Assembly: GCA_041750655.1 (NCBI GenBank)
Contig: JBGSYZ010000015.1
Location: 7,119 to 71,118 of the forward strand
DNA: 64,000 nt
Source of the DNA: Minisyncoccia bacterium
GTDB taxonomy: Bacteria; Patescibacteriota; Minisyncoccia; Phycocordibacterales; UBA918
Direction of reading: 5' to 3'
The position numbers were made by a program, and so were the translations under genes. Below, piece by piece: positions 48,001 through 57,164 of this stretch. The notes beneath the pieces were generated by a model. That model ran no database searches and was not told where the DNA came from. It saw only the letters and a list, made by a program, of their open reading frames with translations. The stretch's first letter is position 1; each line of letters opens with the position of its first letter.

Positions 48001-48543
48001 ATGTCTGAAAAAGAAATGCCAGCAGCCGAAGTCGGCTCGGTAGAGATGAGCGATGCTAATCACTACGAGTTTGCTTTCCACGTACTTCCAACGGTTGCTG
48101 AAGGGGAGGTAGCCGGAGTGTACGATGCACTCAAGGCGCACATTACTAAAGCCGGTGGTGAGATATCTGTAGAAGAATCTCCTGCCCGGGTTGATTTAGC
48201 GTACGAAATCATCAAACCAATTGATGGTAAAAATCGTAGGTTTACCAGTGCCTATTTTGGGTGGGTTCGATTTGCACTCAAGCCTGAAGCGGTTAAAGAT
48301 TTGACTGAAGAACTAGAAGGAATGACATCGCTTCTTCGTTCAGTCATGATTAAACTCACTCGAGCTGAAGAGGCAGAACCATTCTTCTATCACGAAGCGA
48401 TGGCTTCTGACAAAAAGGTTGTAGAAGTTGGTGACGACGAAAACGACTCAAGTGATGATGATTCTGAAGTTACAGATGATTCTGAAGATGAAGAGGTATC
48501 AGAGGAGGCACTTGAGGATTCGCTGGAAAAAATTACAAAATAA
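48001..48543 (+). CDS. rpsF: 30S ribosomal protein bS6 with acidic tail
   Basis: YE, LAYEI, AYFGW; rpsF-ssb-rpsR synteny. Confidence 0.85.
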   Translation: MSEKEMPAAEVGSVEMSDANHYEFAFHVLPTVAEGEVAGVYDALKAHITKAGGEISVEESPARVDLAYEIIKPIDGKNRRFTSAYFGWVRFALKPEAVKDLTEELEGMTSLLRSVMIKLTRAEEAEPFFYHEAMASDKKVVEVGDDENDSSDDDSEVTDDSEDEEVSEEALEDSLEKITK

Positions 48544-48555
48544 CCAGAAACACGT

Positions 48556-48999
48556 ATGTACCTTAATAAAGCCATGATTTTCGGAAACCTCACTCGAGAT
48601 CCCGAACTTAAGTCACTCCCAAGTGGTATGCAGGTGTGTAGCTTCAGTATTGCCACTAACCGTGTCTACAACGACCGAGATGGTAAACGACAAGAACAAG
48701 TTGACTATCACAACATTGCAGTATTTGGTAAGCAAGCTGAAAACAGTGCAAAGTACTTAAAGAAGGGTAGTAGCGCGTATATTGAAGGACGACTACAAAC
48801 TCGCAGTTGGGAAGCTGACGGTGTAAAACATTATCGAACAGAAATCGTGGCCGATCGAGTACAGTTTGGTCCTCGTTCCGGAAGTTCTGAAGGTGGCGCT
48901 CCAAGTAACAGTACTGCCTCAAAAGATGATAGTGGAAAGATGCCGGAGGCTGTGGAATATCCAGAGGAAGATATTAATCCAGAGGACATACCTTTTTGA
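48556..48999 (+). CDS. ssb: Single-stranded DNA-binding protein
   Basis: NKAMIFGNLTRDPE, EGRLQTRSW, C-terminal DIPF. Confidence 0.97.
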   Translation: MYLNKAMIFGNLTRDPELKSLPSGMQVCSFSIATNRVYNDRDGKRQEQVDYHNIAVFGKQAENSAKYLKKGSSAYIEGRLQTRSWEADGVKHYRTEIVADRVQFGPRSGSSEGGAPSNSTASKDDSGKMPEAVEYPEEDINPEDIPF

Positions 49000-49178
49000 T
49001 TGTTGAACTTACACCATCTGCTTTGTTGCAGTTCGGAAAATATTAGCTCACGGTAGCTATCTACCGCTCGTAATATTTTCCTCCTACGCCTCGCATCTGG
49101 CGCAATTCAAGCAATCAAAACAAACATGACTTTCTAGAATTTAACTAACGACTAATTACTAAAAAATAACCACTAACC

Positions 49179-49382
49179 ATGTCAGAAGATAAAAAAGAAA
49201 AAGTAACTGTGAGCACTCACGTAGACTTCAAAAACGTGCAAAAGCTTCGCAACCACATCAATCCGCACGCGCGTATGTTTGGTCGCAAACGCACAAACTT
49301 TACCGCTAAAGAGCAACGAAATTTCGCCAAAGCTATCAAGCGAGCTCGCTTTATGGCTCTATTGCCGTACGTGAACTACTAG
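49179..49382 (+). CDS. rpsR: 30S ribosomal protein bS18 (zinc-free)
   Basis: DFKN, QR..AKAIKRARFMALLPY. Confidence 0.95.
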   Translation: MSEDKKEKVTVSTHVDFKNVQKLRNHINPHARMFGRKRTNFTAKEQRNFAKAIKRARFMALLPYVNY

Positions 49383-49580
49383 GCGTTAGAACAAGGAACG
49401 CAAGCGACTATGTTCTTAGACCGATCCGTAAAATGCTTCCCAAGATGAAGCATTGAGGATCCATTGGTATAAAGCCTAAATAAATTTAATTAGTGGAATT
49501 TATCAATTCCACTAGACTAAAAAACCGCCTACATAAGCGGTTTTTTTGGGTGTGTTTGTAGACAAATCCACAGTTGTATG

Positions 49581-49609
49581 TTGACAAATTGTGTTAAATA
49601 TTATATAAT
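49581..49609 (+). promoter_or_regulatory. Perfect consensus sigma70 promoter
   Basis: TTGACA-17 nt-TATAAT. Confidence 0.75.
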
Positions 49610-49644
49610 AAAAAAAGAGAAGAGTCAATGGAAAGGGAAAACAA

Positions 49645-49818
49645 ATGGGCAAACTGCTGTTCGACGATCCACTCGCCATGGGCGGGCCAATTGTCGCAAT
49701 GACCCGCGAGGACAAGAGTCCGAAAGGGCGTTTCAATTTTATTGTCTGGGTCGCTGAACACGCGATCGGGGCGACTGCCAGGGTCCTGAAACCCCACAAG
49801 GTCGGAGGTGTATCGTGA
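49645..49818 (+). CDS. 57-aa hypothetical protein (not in ORF track)
   Basis: AAGGGA SD; MGKLLFDDPLAMGG..VGGVS; follows consensus promoter. Confidence 0.55.
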   Translation: MGKLLFDDPLAMGGPIVAMTREDKSPKGRFNFIVWVAEHAIGATARVLKPHKVGGVS

Positions 49819-49928
49819 AAGAGCATCAGGACGATGACCACTACGCTGGGCCCCAATGGCTCGGACTGGTAATCCTGTTATCGTTCATCGCACCACTGAT
49901 TGCGGTGCTCGTGTATGCGCTCAGCTAA
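49815..49928 (+). CDS. 37-aa single-TM peptide (not in ORF track)
   Basis: GGAGGTG SD; GTGA overlap with upstream stop; acidic N-terminus then TM; hairpin follows. Confidence 0.55.
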   Translation: MKEHQDDDHYAGPQWLGLVILLSFIAPLIAVLVYALS

Positions 49929-49992
49929 GTGCGTACCCCAAAAAAGACCCGTCGCACTCTGTGCGGCGGGTCATCTTCATTTTATTCTATAT

Positions 49993-50568
49993 TTATGCCT
50001 TATCCACTCGTTCGGTATAAAGACCTGTATCAGTATTGATGGCCACTACATCGCCTTCGTTGATAAACATTGGCACCATGGCTTTAGCTCCGGTTTCTAA
50101 GGTAACTTCTTTTTGCGCGCCAGACGACGTGTTACCTTTAACGGCCTCCATCGCTTCTTTTACTTTGAGCTCCACTTTAATAGGCATTTTTACCCCAATT
50201 ACTTCATCATCAAATACCATAGCGTCTAACTCAGTGCGCTCTTTTATATACTTACCCTGATCACCAATCAAATCCTCGCTCAGCGCAAAACGGTCACCGG
50301 GATTACCGGCGATATGGAACCAGTATTCGCCTGGTTTACGATAGATAAACACAATCTGGCGGGTTTCCAAATCGGCTTCGTCAGCAGTTTCACTAACGTG
50401 GAAGGTGTTTTCTACCACCCGGCCAGATTTTAAACTCTTAAGTTTAGTGATATTTACCGGCTTACGCTGTTGTTTGCGGAACACATGATGAGACAGCACG
50501 AGGAAAGGTTCACCGTCGAAGATAATTACTTTCTTACTTAGAATTTCATTGTATGAGAGTTTTGCCAT
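49993..50568 (-). CDS. efp: Elongation factor P
   Basis: KGNT..K..LETG..VPMFINEGD..NT.TG.Y.ER. Confidence 0.9.
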   Translation of the reverse strand: MAKLSYNEILSKKVIIFDGEPFLVLSHHVFRKQQRKPVNITKLKSLKSGRVVENTFHVSETADEADLETRQIVFIYRKPGEYWFHIAGNPGDRFALSEDLIGDQGKYIKERTELDAMVFDDEVIGVKMPIKVELKVKEAMEAVKGNTSSGAQKEVTLETGAKAMVPMFINEGDVVAINTDTGLYTERVDKA

Positions 50569-50669
50569 AATTTGATTGTTTAAAGCGCCTATTTATACCA
50601 GAGTCAGAGCATAAAGGCAAAAATCACACAACTTCTCTTATATTTTATCGGTGATAGTATGGGAAGACC

Positions 50670-51260
50670 ATGCTCGGTATGTCTAGCGGAGAAAGCGCTA
50701 AAGAAATGGCAGATGAAGAGGTTCTGGTTCGTTCTCAGATAGAACCATGGTTGTTTGGTGTGCTCCTAGACCGCTACCAAGATGCTTTTCTACGCAAAGC
50801 TCGCTCGATTGTCCGTAACCCACTCGATGCCGAAGAAGTGGTGCAAGACGCCTTCACGAAGATTTACATCAATGCCGATAAGTTTGAAGTACGCGAAGGA
50901 GCTAAGTTTTCCTCGTGGGCCTACACCATTCTTATGAACACCGCGTTTACTCGTTACCAAAAGCTTATCAAGCATGGGCAGCGCGTGGCCAATCTCGACC
51001 CAGAATTTGAACAATTCATTGGTGACAAAAAAGAACACTCTGGTTTTGAAGAAAAGCGCGATGCCATCGAACGATTATTTGAAAAATTACCGGGACATTT
51101 TGTCTACGTCCTGCGTTTGCACTACCTCGAGCGTTGGAGTCATGCTGACATAGCCGAGGAAACTGGGGAAACAGTCGGCACCGTCAAAGCCCGTATCCAT
51201 AGAGCTAAAGCAGCCTTTCGCAAGGAAGCGGATGGGAATGAGGCAGAGTTGCTTTCTTAA
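50670..51260 (+). CDS. ECF RNA polymerase sigma factor
   Basis: DAEEVVQDAF, FSSWAYTI, IAEETG..GTVKARIHRA. Confidence 0.9.
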   Translation: MLGMSSGESAKEMADEEVLVRSQIEPWLFGVLLDRYQDAFLRKARSIVRNPLDAEEVVQDAFTKIYINADKFEVREGAKFSSWAYTILMNTAFTRYQKLIKHGQRVANLDPEFEQFIGDKKEHSGFEEKRDAIERLFEKLPGHFVYVLRLHYLERWSHADIAEETGETVGTVKARIHRAKAAFRKEADGNEAELLS

Positions 51261-51333
51261 GTTCTAATCCTACGGCCGGAGCAAACTACGTAACCTTTAT
51301 ACTGTCACCCCAGTTCTAATAAGTGCTCTACAT

Positions 51334-51681
51334 ATGGACACAAAATTACACAAGCACATAATGCGACGGGTGTACTATAGTTTTGCGATTAGCATCACTA
51401 CCCACACCATGTTTTGGCGGGGAGTATTCCTTGGTGCTGCTACTCTACTTTTAGCACAGTGGCTGCACGTCGCGAGTATTATTCATAATATTTTAGCTAC
51501 GCCTTTGGGGAACACCCCACAGTATGTGGCTAATTCATTTGTAAACGCTGCTACCCATGGAGAACTGATGACCGCCTTATTACTGGTGTTGGCGGTAGCA
51601 GTGGGTACTTCTGCCTTATGGCGGATTACTAAAGCCTTAGCAGTTGTAGGTCTAAAAATGCATAACATGCAATTGAACTAA
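51334..51681 (+). CDS. Membrane protein, candidate anti-sigma factor
   Basis: Two TM segments; follows ECF gene; GTAACC..GTTCTA ECF-like promoter upstream. Confidence 0.5.
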   Translation: MDTKLHKHIMRRVYYSFAISITTHTMFWRGVFLGAATLLLAQWLHVASIIHNILATPLGNTPQYVANSFVNAATHGELMTALLLVLAVAVGTSALWRITKALAVVGLKMHNMQLN

Positions 51682-51912
51682 ATAACTAAAATTCTAACGA
51701 ACATCGCGAACAAAAACCGCAGACTCTACATCGGCGGTTTTTTGTTTTTATGATAAAAGAGCCGCGCCCGCAGGGCGCGGCTCTTTCGTTTGGTTAAGTA
51801 TTATTTGTGTCAAAATAATGCTTTTCTAAAAATTGGCCTTGATTGTTCCTCGCCATTTTCTGGGATGAAAATGTCTAACGGAACGACTGGAAAATATAAT
51901 CGCTTGTGCTCA

Positions 51913-52995
51913 TTATTTTCCAGCCTCTTTCATCTCTTTCTTAATGTGTTTTAGTATTTCGTTACTGAGTTTTTTGTCTTCACGCAAAGTAGTACGGGCA
52001 GCATCATAACCGCGACCAAGTTTCACTACCGTACTCTCATCTCCACCAGGGGGAGTGTACGAATACGAAGCACCAGACTTGCTAACCAGACCGTATTTTT
52101 CACCAAGCGCCAAAAGTTCACCTTCGCGGCTAATACCTTCGTTATAGATAAGATCGAATTCGGTAGTCTTGAACGGTGCGGCAATCTTGTTCTTGACTAC
52201 CTTTACTCGGTGGCGACCACCTACCACTTCGTCACCTTTTTTAATTTGCGCAATGCGACGGATATCGAGCCGAACTGAGGTATAGAACTTGAGAGCCTTT
52301 CCGCCTGGTGTAGTTTCTGGGTTACCAAACATGACCCCGATTTGCATGCGGATTTGGTTAATGAAAATCACCACCGTCTTACTCTTGCTGACAATACCCG
52401 TGAGCTTTCTCAGAGCCTGACTCATCAAACGCGCTTGTTTACCTACGTGGTGCGCACCCATTTCGCCTTCGATTTCGTCTTTAGGGGTCAGCGCTGCTAC
52501 TGAGTCAATAACAATCACATCAATCTTTCCTGAACGAACGAGCGACTCCACAATTTCCAAAGCTTGTTCACCTGTGTTTGGTTGTGAGATAAGCAGTTCT
52601 TCGAGCTTAACCCCAAGATTCTTGGCGTACTCCGGGTCCATAGCGTGTTCGGCATCAATGAAAGCACAGACGCCATTCATCTTTTGCGCTTCAGCAATGG
52701 CGTGCAAGGACAGGGTAGTTTTTCCAGAAGATTCTGGTCCGTATATTTCAATAATACGTCCGCGCGGGAAACCACCGATGCCCAATGCATCATCCAGGCC
52801 AATCGAACCAGTCGGCACCGCATCCACGTCGACCTTTTTGGTTTCACCAAGGGTCATGATGGCATCGTCACCAAATTTAGTTTTTATACTTTTCAGCGTC
52901 TCAGAAATATCAACTGCGCCTTTATTCACGTTGTCATTTGCTTCAACAGGTTCTTTCTTCGGGGCGGTTTTTTTGGTTGCTTTTTTTGTTGCCAT
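51913..52995 (-). CDS. recA: Recombinase A
   Basis: [29 protein letters not shown]. Confidence 0.98.
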   Translation of the reverse strand: MATKKATKKTAPKKEPVEANDNVNKGAVDISETLKSIKTKFGDDAIMTLGETKKVDVDAVPTGSIGLDDALGIGGFPRGRIIEIYGPESSGKTTLSLHAIAEAQKMNGVCAFIDAEHAMDPEYAKNLGVKLEELLISQPNTGEQALEIVESLVRSGKIDVIVIDSVAALTPKDEIEGEMGAHHVGKQARLMSQALRKLTGIVSKSKTVVIFINQIRMQIGVMFGNPETTPGGKALKFYTSVRLDIRRIAQIKKGDEVVGGRHRVKVVKNKIAAPFKTTEFDLIYNEGISREGELLALGEKYGLVSKSGASYSYTPPGGDESTVVKLGRGYDAARTTLREDKKLSNEILKHIKKEMKEAGK

Positions 52996-53004
52996 AAAAT
53001 TATC

Positions 53005-53382
53005 TTACATGTTAATACTCGAGGCCGGACGATAGACAAACGAACGGGTGAGGGTTGTTTCTCGTCCGTACCGGTCATGGGCACGTATAGTCATTATAGT
53101 ATACCCATTTTCAAGCACCAATTGTTCTGAAAAGGCGCCATTTTCATTAGTGTAGATTGGTCGTCCGTTTATGGTGAGATCGGTTATATTTTCTGCTTGA
53201 CCGGCTATTTCAATAGTTCGTTCATTATAAATTGGTTTAGTTTCAGTCGTGAGATGTACTACTGGACCAATGATGAGAAAACGAGCTTGAAACGCCACAT
53301 AGCCCAATATTACTAACGCTACTAGTGTTAACGAGACTAGCTTTAGGAAGGAACGGAGCTCTAAATACGGACGATTGCTCAT
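53005..53382 (-). CDS. Membrane-anchored Ig-like domain protein
   Basis: TM, then ING..G.F..L..G..I.A.DRYG. Confidence 0.6.
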   Translation of the reverse strand: MSNRPYLELRSFLKLVSLTLVALVILGYVAFQARFLIIGPVVHLTTETKPIYNERTIEIAGQAENITDLTINGRPIYTNENGAFSEQLVLENGYTIMTIRAHDRYGRETTLTRSFVYRPASSINM

Positions 53383-53384
53383 AA

Positions 53385-55553
53385 TTAATCTTTGTTTTCT
53401 TCAGACTCGTCAGTATTTGAGTTATTTTGGTCCAATATTTCTCGAGGGCGAGCACCGTCAGCTGGTCCGATTACGCCTCGTTCTTCCAGAATATCTATCA
53501 ACCGAGCTGCTCGTGAATAACCGATACGTAGTTTGCGCTGTAGGTATGAAGTGGAGGCTTTACCAGCGTCCATGACCGCTTGTTTTGCGTCTTCATACAA
53601 GTCGTCATCTTCTTCATCGTCAACCATGCTCGCAAACATGGCATCAGCACTCTCACCGTCTTGTTTACCGTCCAGATCAATAGAATCAAGACTGTGGACG
53701 TCTTCCAGGTTCTTGAGGTACTCAATTACTCGCTTAAACTCTTCATCTGACACGTACGCAGACTGAAGACGAATTGGTTTGCTGAGTTCACCAGTGAGAT
53801 AGAGCATGTCACCTTGACCAAGAAGTTTTTCAGCTCCGACAGCATCAAGAATCGTACGAGAGTCAATTTGTGAAGCCACCTGCATCGCTAGGCGAGTGGG
53901 AATGTTGGCCTTAATGGTCCCGGTAATAACGTTTACCGATGGTCGCTGGGTAGCCAGAATGAGGTGAATACCAACCGCGCGGGACATTTGAGCTAAGCGT
54001 ACAATCAAAGCTTCGAGTTCACGCGGGTACGCGTGCATGAGGTCAGCGAGTTCGTCCATCACTATCACAATGTAGGGGAGTGGTTCTGGGAGATTAAGTT
54101 TTTCTTCTTCTGGTTCACCGGCTTCCACCCATTTTTTCTTAGCTGGTTGGTACACTCGTTCGTGATAGCTCGCTAAGTTTTGCATTTTTTCTGCTTGCAG
54201 AATGTCGTAGCGTCGTTCCATTTCTTTTACCGCCCACTTCAGTGAAAGCATAGCTTTTTTGGCTTGCGTGATAACCGGAGTCAGAAGGTGAGGAATGCCA
54301 TCGTAGACAGTGAGTTCAACGCGCTTCGGGTCCACCATAATAAATCGTAGCTGTTCAGGAGAATTACGGAACAGAAGAGAGATTACCAAGTTATGGATCA
54401 TAACCGACTTACCTGAGCCAGTGGTACCCGCGATAAGACCGTGCGGCATGCGCGCAATGTTGGAGAAGTGAGCCTTACCAGTGATGTCTTTTCCAAGGGC
54501 AATCAAGAGTGGTTTGTCTGAGTCAGTGTATTCAGGACTTGAAAGTAGGGAAGCCAGACCCACTTGTGATTTGGTGGTGTTGGGTACTTCGATACCCACC
54601 AGTGACTTACCAGGAATCGGGGCTTCGATGCGGATAGTCCCTGAAGCGAGATTGAGTTCGAGCTCACGTTGCAAACCAACGATACGGGCAATTTTTACTC
54701 CTTGCGCAGGCTTGAGCGCGTAACGAGTAACCGTTGGTCCAATCTCAACCGTGTCCATTTCGACGTTGATACCAAATTCTGCGAGGGTACGTTTAATGAT
54801 GTTGGCATTGGCCTTCACGTCGCCAGTTTTTGGCTTTCCTTTATCTTTATTTAAAAGAGAGAGGGGAGGTGGGGCGTAGCTGCCAGTAAAACTGGAGACG
54901 ACAAAATCACCAGTCTCTTTTTTAAGACCCAACCGTTCACTCACTGACTTTTTCTTAGGTTGCTCTTCGTCAGATTCCTCGTCTTTCTCATCAATCTCTT
55001 CCGCGTCTTCATCAATCTCAGGTTCTATAAAATCAATATCTTCTTCTATCAGCTCATTCGCTTCTTTCGGAGTACGCTTTGGTAGTCGTAAACCGGTGTT
55101 AAAGGTTAAAAATATTCCTACTAACACAATAGCAATAAGGGTAATAGCACTCGCCACGCCACCAATAAAATGCATAAATGGCCACAACACTATAAAGCCA
55201 ATCAACCCACCCATGTCTTCTCCAATTTGTTCTAAGAGAGCCAAACATCCAAAGAACAATAGTAGAGTACCAATAATTTTTGAAGTACTGATAGCCTCGT
55301 CTTCACGTGGGTTCAGGAGTACGTATATGTAGAGGCCACAGACCAATGGTGCCAAGACAAAACCAAACCCAAGTAAATAAGAAAGGGTTTTGTGAGTGAT
55401 ATCACCAACTACACCCGCGTAGCCTAAAGAAGCCAGTATAAAAAATACCCCTAACACCAAAAACACTACCGCGCCGATAGCTTGTTTGGTGTGGCTTGAG
55501 ACATCATCAAATATTGGTGTACGCTCCCTAGTTTTCTTTTTCTTTTTCGCCAT
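53385..55553 (-). CDS. ftsK: DNA translocase FtsK
   Basis: 4 TM; AGTTGSGKS, DELADLM, ATQRPS; gamma domain LQRKLRIGYSRAARL. Confidence 0.97.
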   Translation of the reverse strand: MAKKKKKTRERTPIFDDVSSHTKQAIGAVVFLVLGVFFILASLGYAGVVGDITHKTLSYLLGFGFVLAPLVCGLYIYVLLNPREDEAISTSKIIGTLLLFFGCLALLEQIGEDMGGLIGFIVLWPFMHFIGGVASAITLIAIVLVGIFLTFNTGLRLPKRTPKEANELIEEDIDFIEPEIDEDAEEIDEKDEESDEEQPKKKSVSERLGLKKETGDFVVSSFTGSYAPPPLSLLNKDKGKPKTGDVKANANIIKRTLAEFGINVEMDTVEIGPTVTRYALKPAQGVKIARIVGLQRELELNLASGTIRIEAPIPGKSLVGIEVPNTTKSQVGLASLLSSPEYTDSDKPLLIALGKDITGKAHFSNIARMPHGLIAGTTGSGKSVMIHNLVISLLFRNSPEQLRFIMVDPKRVELTVYDGIPHLLTPVITQAKKAMLSLKWAVKEMERRYDILQAEKMQNLASYHERVYQPAKKKWVEAGEPEEEKLNLPEPLPYIVIVMDELADLMHAYPRELEALIVRLAQMSRAVGIHLILATQRPSVNVITGTIKANIPTRLAMQVASQIDSRTILDAVGAEKLLGQGDMLYLTGELSKPIRLQSAYVSDEEFKRVIEYLKNLEDVHSLDSIDLDGKQDGESADAMFASMVDDEEDDDLYEDAKQAVMDAGKASTSYLQRKLRIGYSRAARLIDILEERGVIGPADGARPREILDQNNSNTDESEENKD

Positions 55554-55681
55554 GTATTTCTCTAATTCGCAGAAGACTAATAGTTATAAAAGTATACCGT
55601 GTTTTATATAGTTACGGCTAAATTTTATCCTTACTTTGAAGAAAATGCTAAATGAAACCAAGTTAAGATACCCCTTGAATA

Positions 55682-56512
55682 AAGGACAAAATAAGGTACA
55701 GTAATAAGGACAACTCAGAGCCACATCAATAAGTCATTAAAAGACCATGGATAACGATTTAAAAGGACAAGTCCAGCAGAAAAGTCTCATAACAGATGAG
55801 TATTATTATAAATATATTTTTAAAAAGACAGAAAAAATTGTGTCTGCTGTCTTTTTTATGATATCTAAAGGTCAACAAATCCCGCAAGAAAATGTCGTAC
55901 GGGCTGACCTTGAAAGACGCGCCAAGGACGTTCATTCAGTAGCTTTGTCTTTATTAAACCTGGAACCTGATGCCGCTGCGTATGGCATGCAGACTTTATT
56001 GCATGGACTGGTGTCTCTGGATAGTATCCTCAATATCTTCCAAGCCATGGGTGGTATCTCCGAAGCTAATCGACAAATAATCTCATTCGAGATAGAGGGT
56101 GTACAAAGAAGCATGCGTCGATATTTGGGTGATTCTGCATTTGTGCTAAACCTGAATGAATCTACCAGTAGCCAACCAAAAATCAGACACTCTTCAGCCG
56201 CTTCTTCCAACACACCAGCCTCACTCCAAAATAAAACTGCCAGTGATAGTGGTAATCAAGAACGGAGTGATCGCATAATCGGACTTTTAAAAGACATAGA
56301 TGGCTTAGGTATTAAAGACATAGCTGCCGTTATAACGGACTGTAGTGAAAAGACAATCCAAAGAGAACTCATGTCTCTTATTGAAAATGGCTTAGTAAAG
56401 AGAGAAGGAGAAAGGAGATGGTCACGTTATTTCTTAGTATAAGACTTTATTGTCTTTTTATTGCTTGTCTTTGTATTGTCTTAAATAGGTAGCTGAGTAG
56501 TACCTAAAGACA
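55682..56512. repeat. Cluster of 12 AARGACA/TGTCYTT heptamers
   Basis: Exact matches starting at 55682, 55706, 55763, 55824, 55848, 55946, 56290, 56314, 56349, 56451, 56466 and 56506. Confidence 0.7.
55747..56442 (+). CDS. Helical-bundle plus C-terminal DeoR-like winged-HTH DNA-binding protein
   Basis: IKDIAAVITDCSEKTIQRELMSLIENGLVKREGERRWSRY. Confidence 0.75.
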   Translation: MDNDLKGQVQQKSLITDEYYYKYIFKKTEKIVSAVFFMISKGQQIPQENVVRADLERRAKDVHSVALSLLNLEPDAAAYGMQTLLHGLVSLDSILNIFQAMGGISEANRQIISFEIEGVQRSMRRYLGDSAFVLNLNESTSSQPKIRHSSAASSNTPASLQNKTASDSGNQERSDRIIGLLKDIDGLGIKDIAAVITDCSEKTIQRELMSLIENGLVKREGERRWSRYFLV

Positions 56513-57164
56513 CCCAAGATGACTTTAAGTTTTATAGATATTTCTCTGCCTTTTCTTGATTTGCCAGGTTCTTTTAAGTGTTTCCTAATCACTATTTTGG
56601 TGTAAGAACCGAGCTTTGACAGCGTCATAGTTTAGTAGTTAGGTGACTTGGGTAGGTTGACGTAGTTATAAAACCAACGTATTCTCTCACCTTAAATAGT
56701 GTTGCACTCAATGTTTATTGAGTTACATATCCACAAACAAACAAGCTTTCTTGCAAAGAATTTTGTATACTGGTTTATGTGCCGAGCACGCTTTTTCTTT
56801 ACCTGCACTTTGCAGTAGATATAAAGTTGTCTTTGGAGGTAACACACTGTTCATTGATAATTGAATATAGAACAAACCCCGCTTTTCTGTTTAATAAATA
56901 GATAAGCATTTTAGTCGCGCATTTATTAATGTGTCGACCCATGAATTGTTCCAAATATATTTCCGCTCGACTCGTTCTGCCTTGGTTGCTAATGAAAGAT
57001 ATACCGATTGGATTCGCAGCTAACCTTTATGTGTAACAACGTAGAGGATAGTGATGTTCGTGATTGAAGTGTTGGTTTCGCCTCACTTGAATCGCCAATA
57101 TGAATTAATTCATATTACTAGTAACGTTAAAAGTAATTTTGACGAAAAAAAAGTTAATTAACTT

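Noticed and set aside
56720-56740. ATATCCACA near-DnaA box suggesting oriC
   Set aside because: Single imperfect box, no dnaA/dnaN nearby, and no switch in gene-strand bias.
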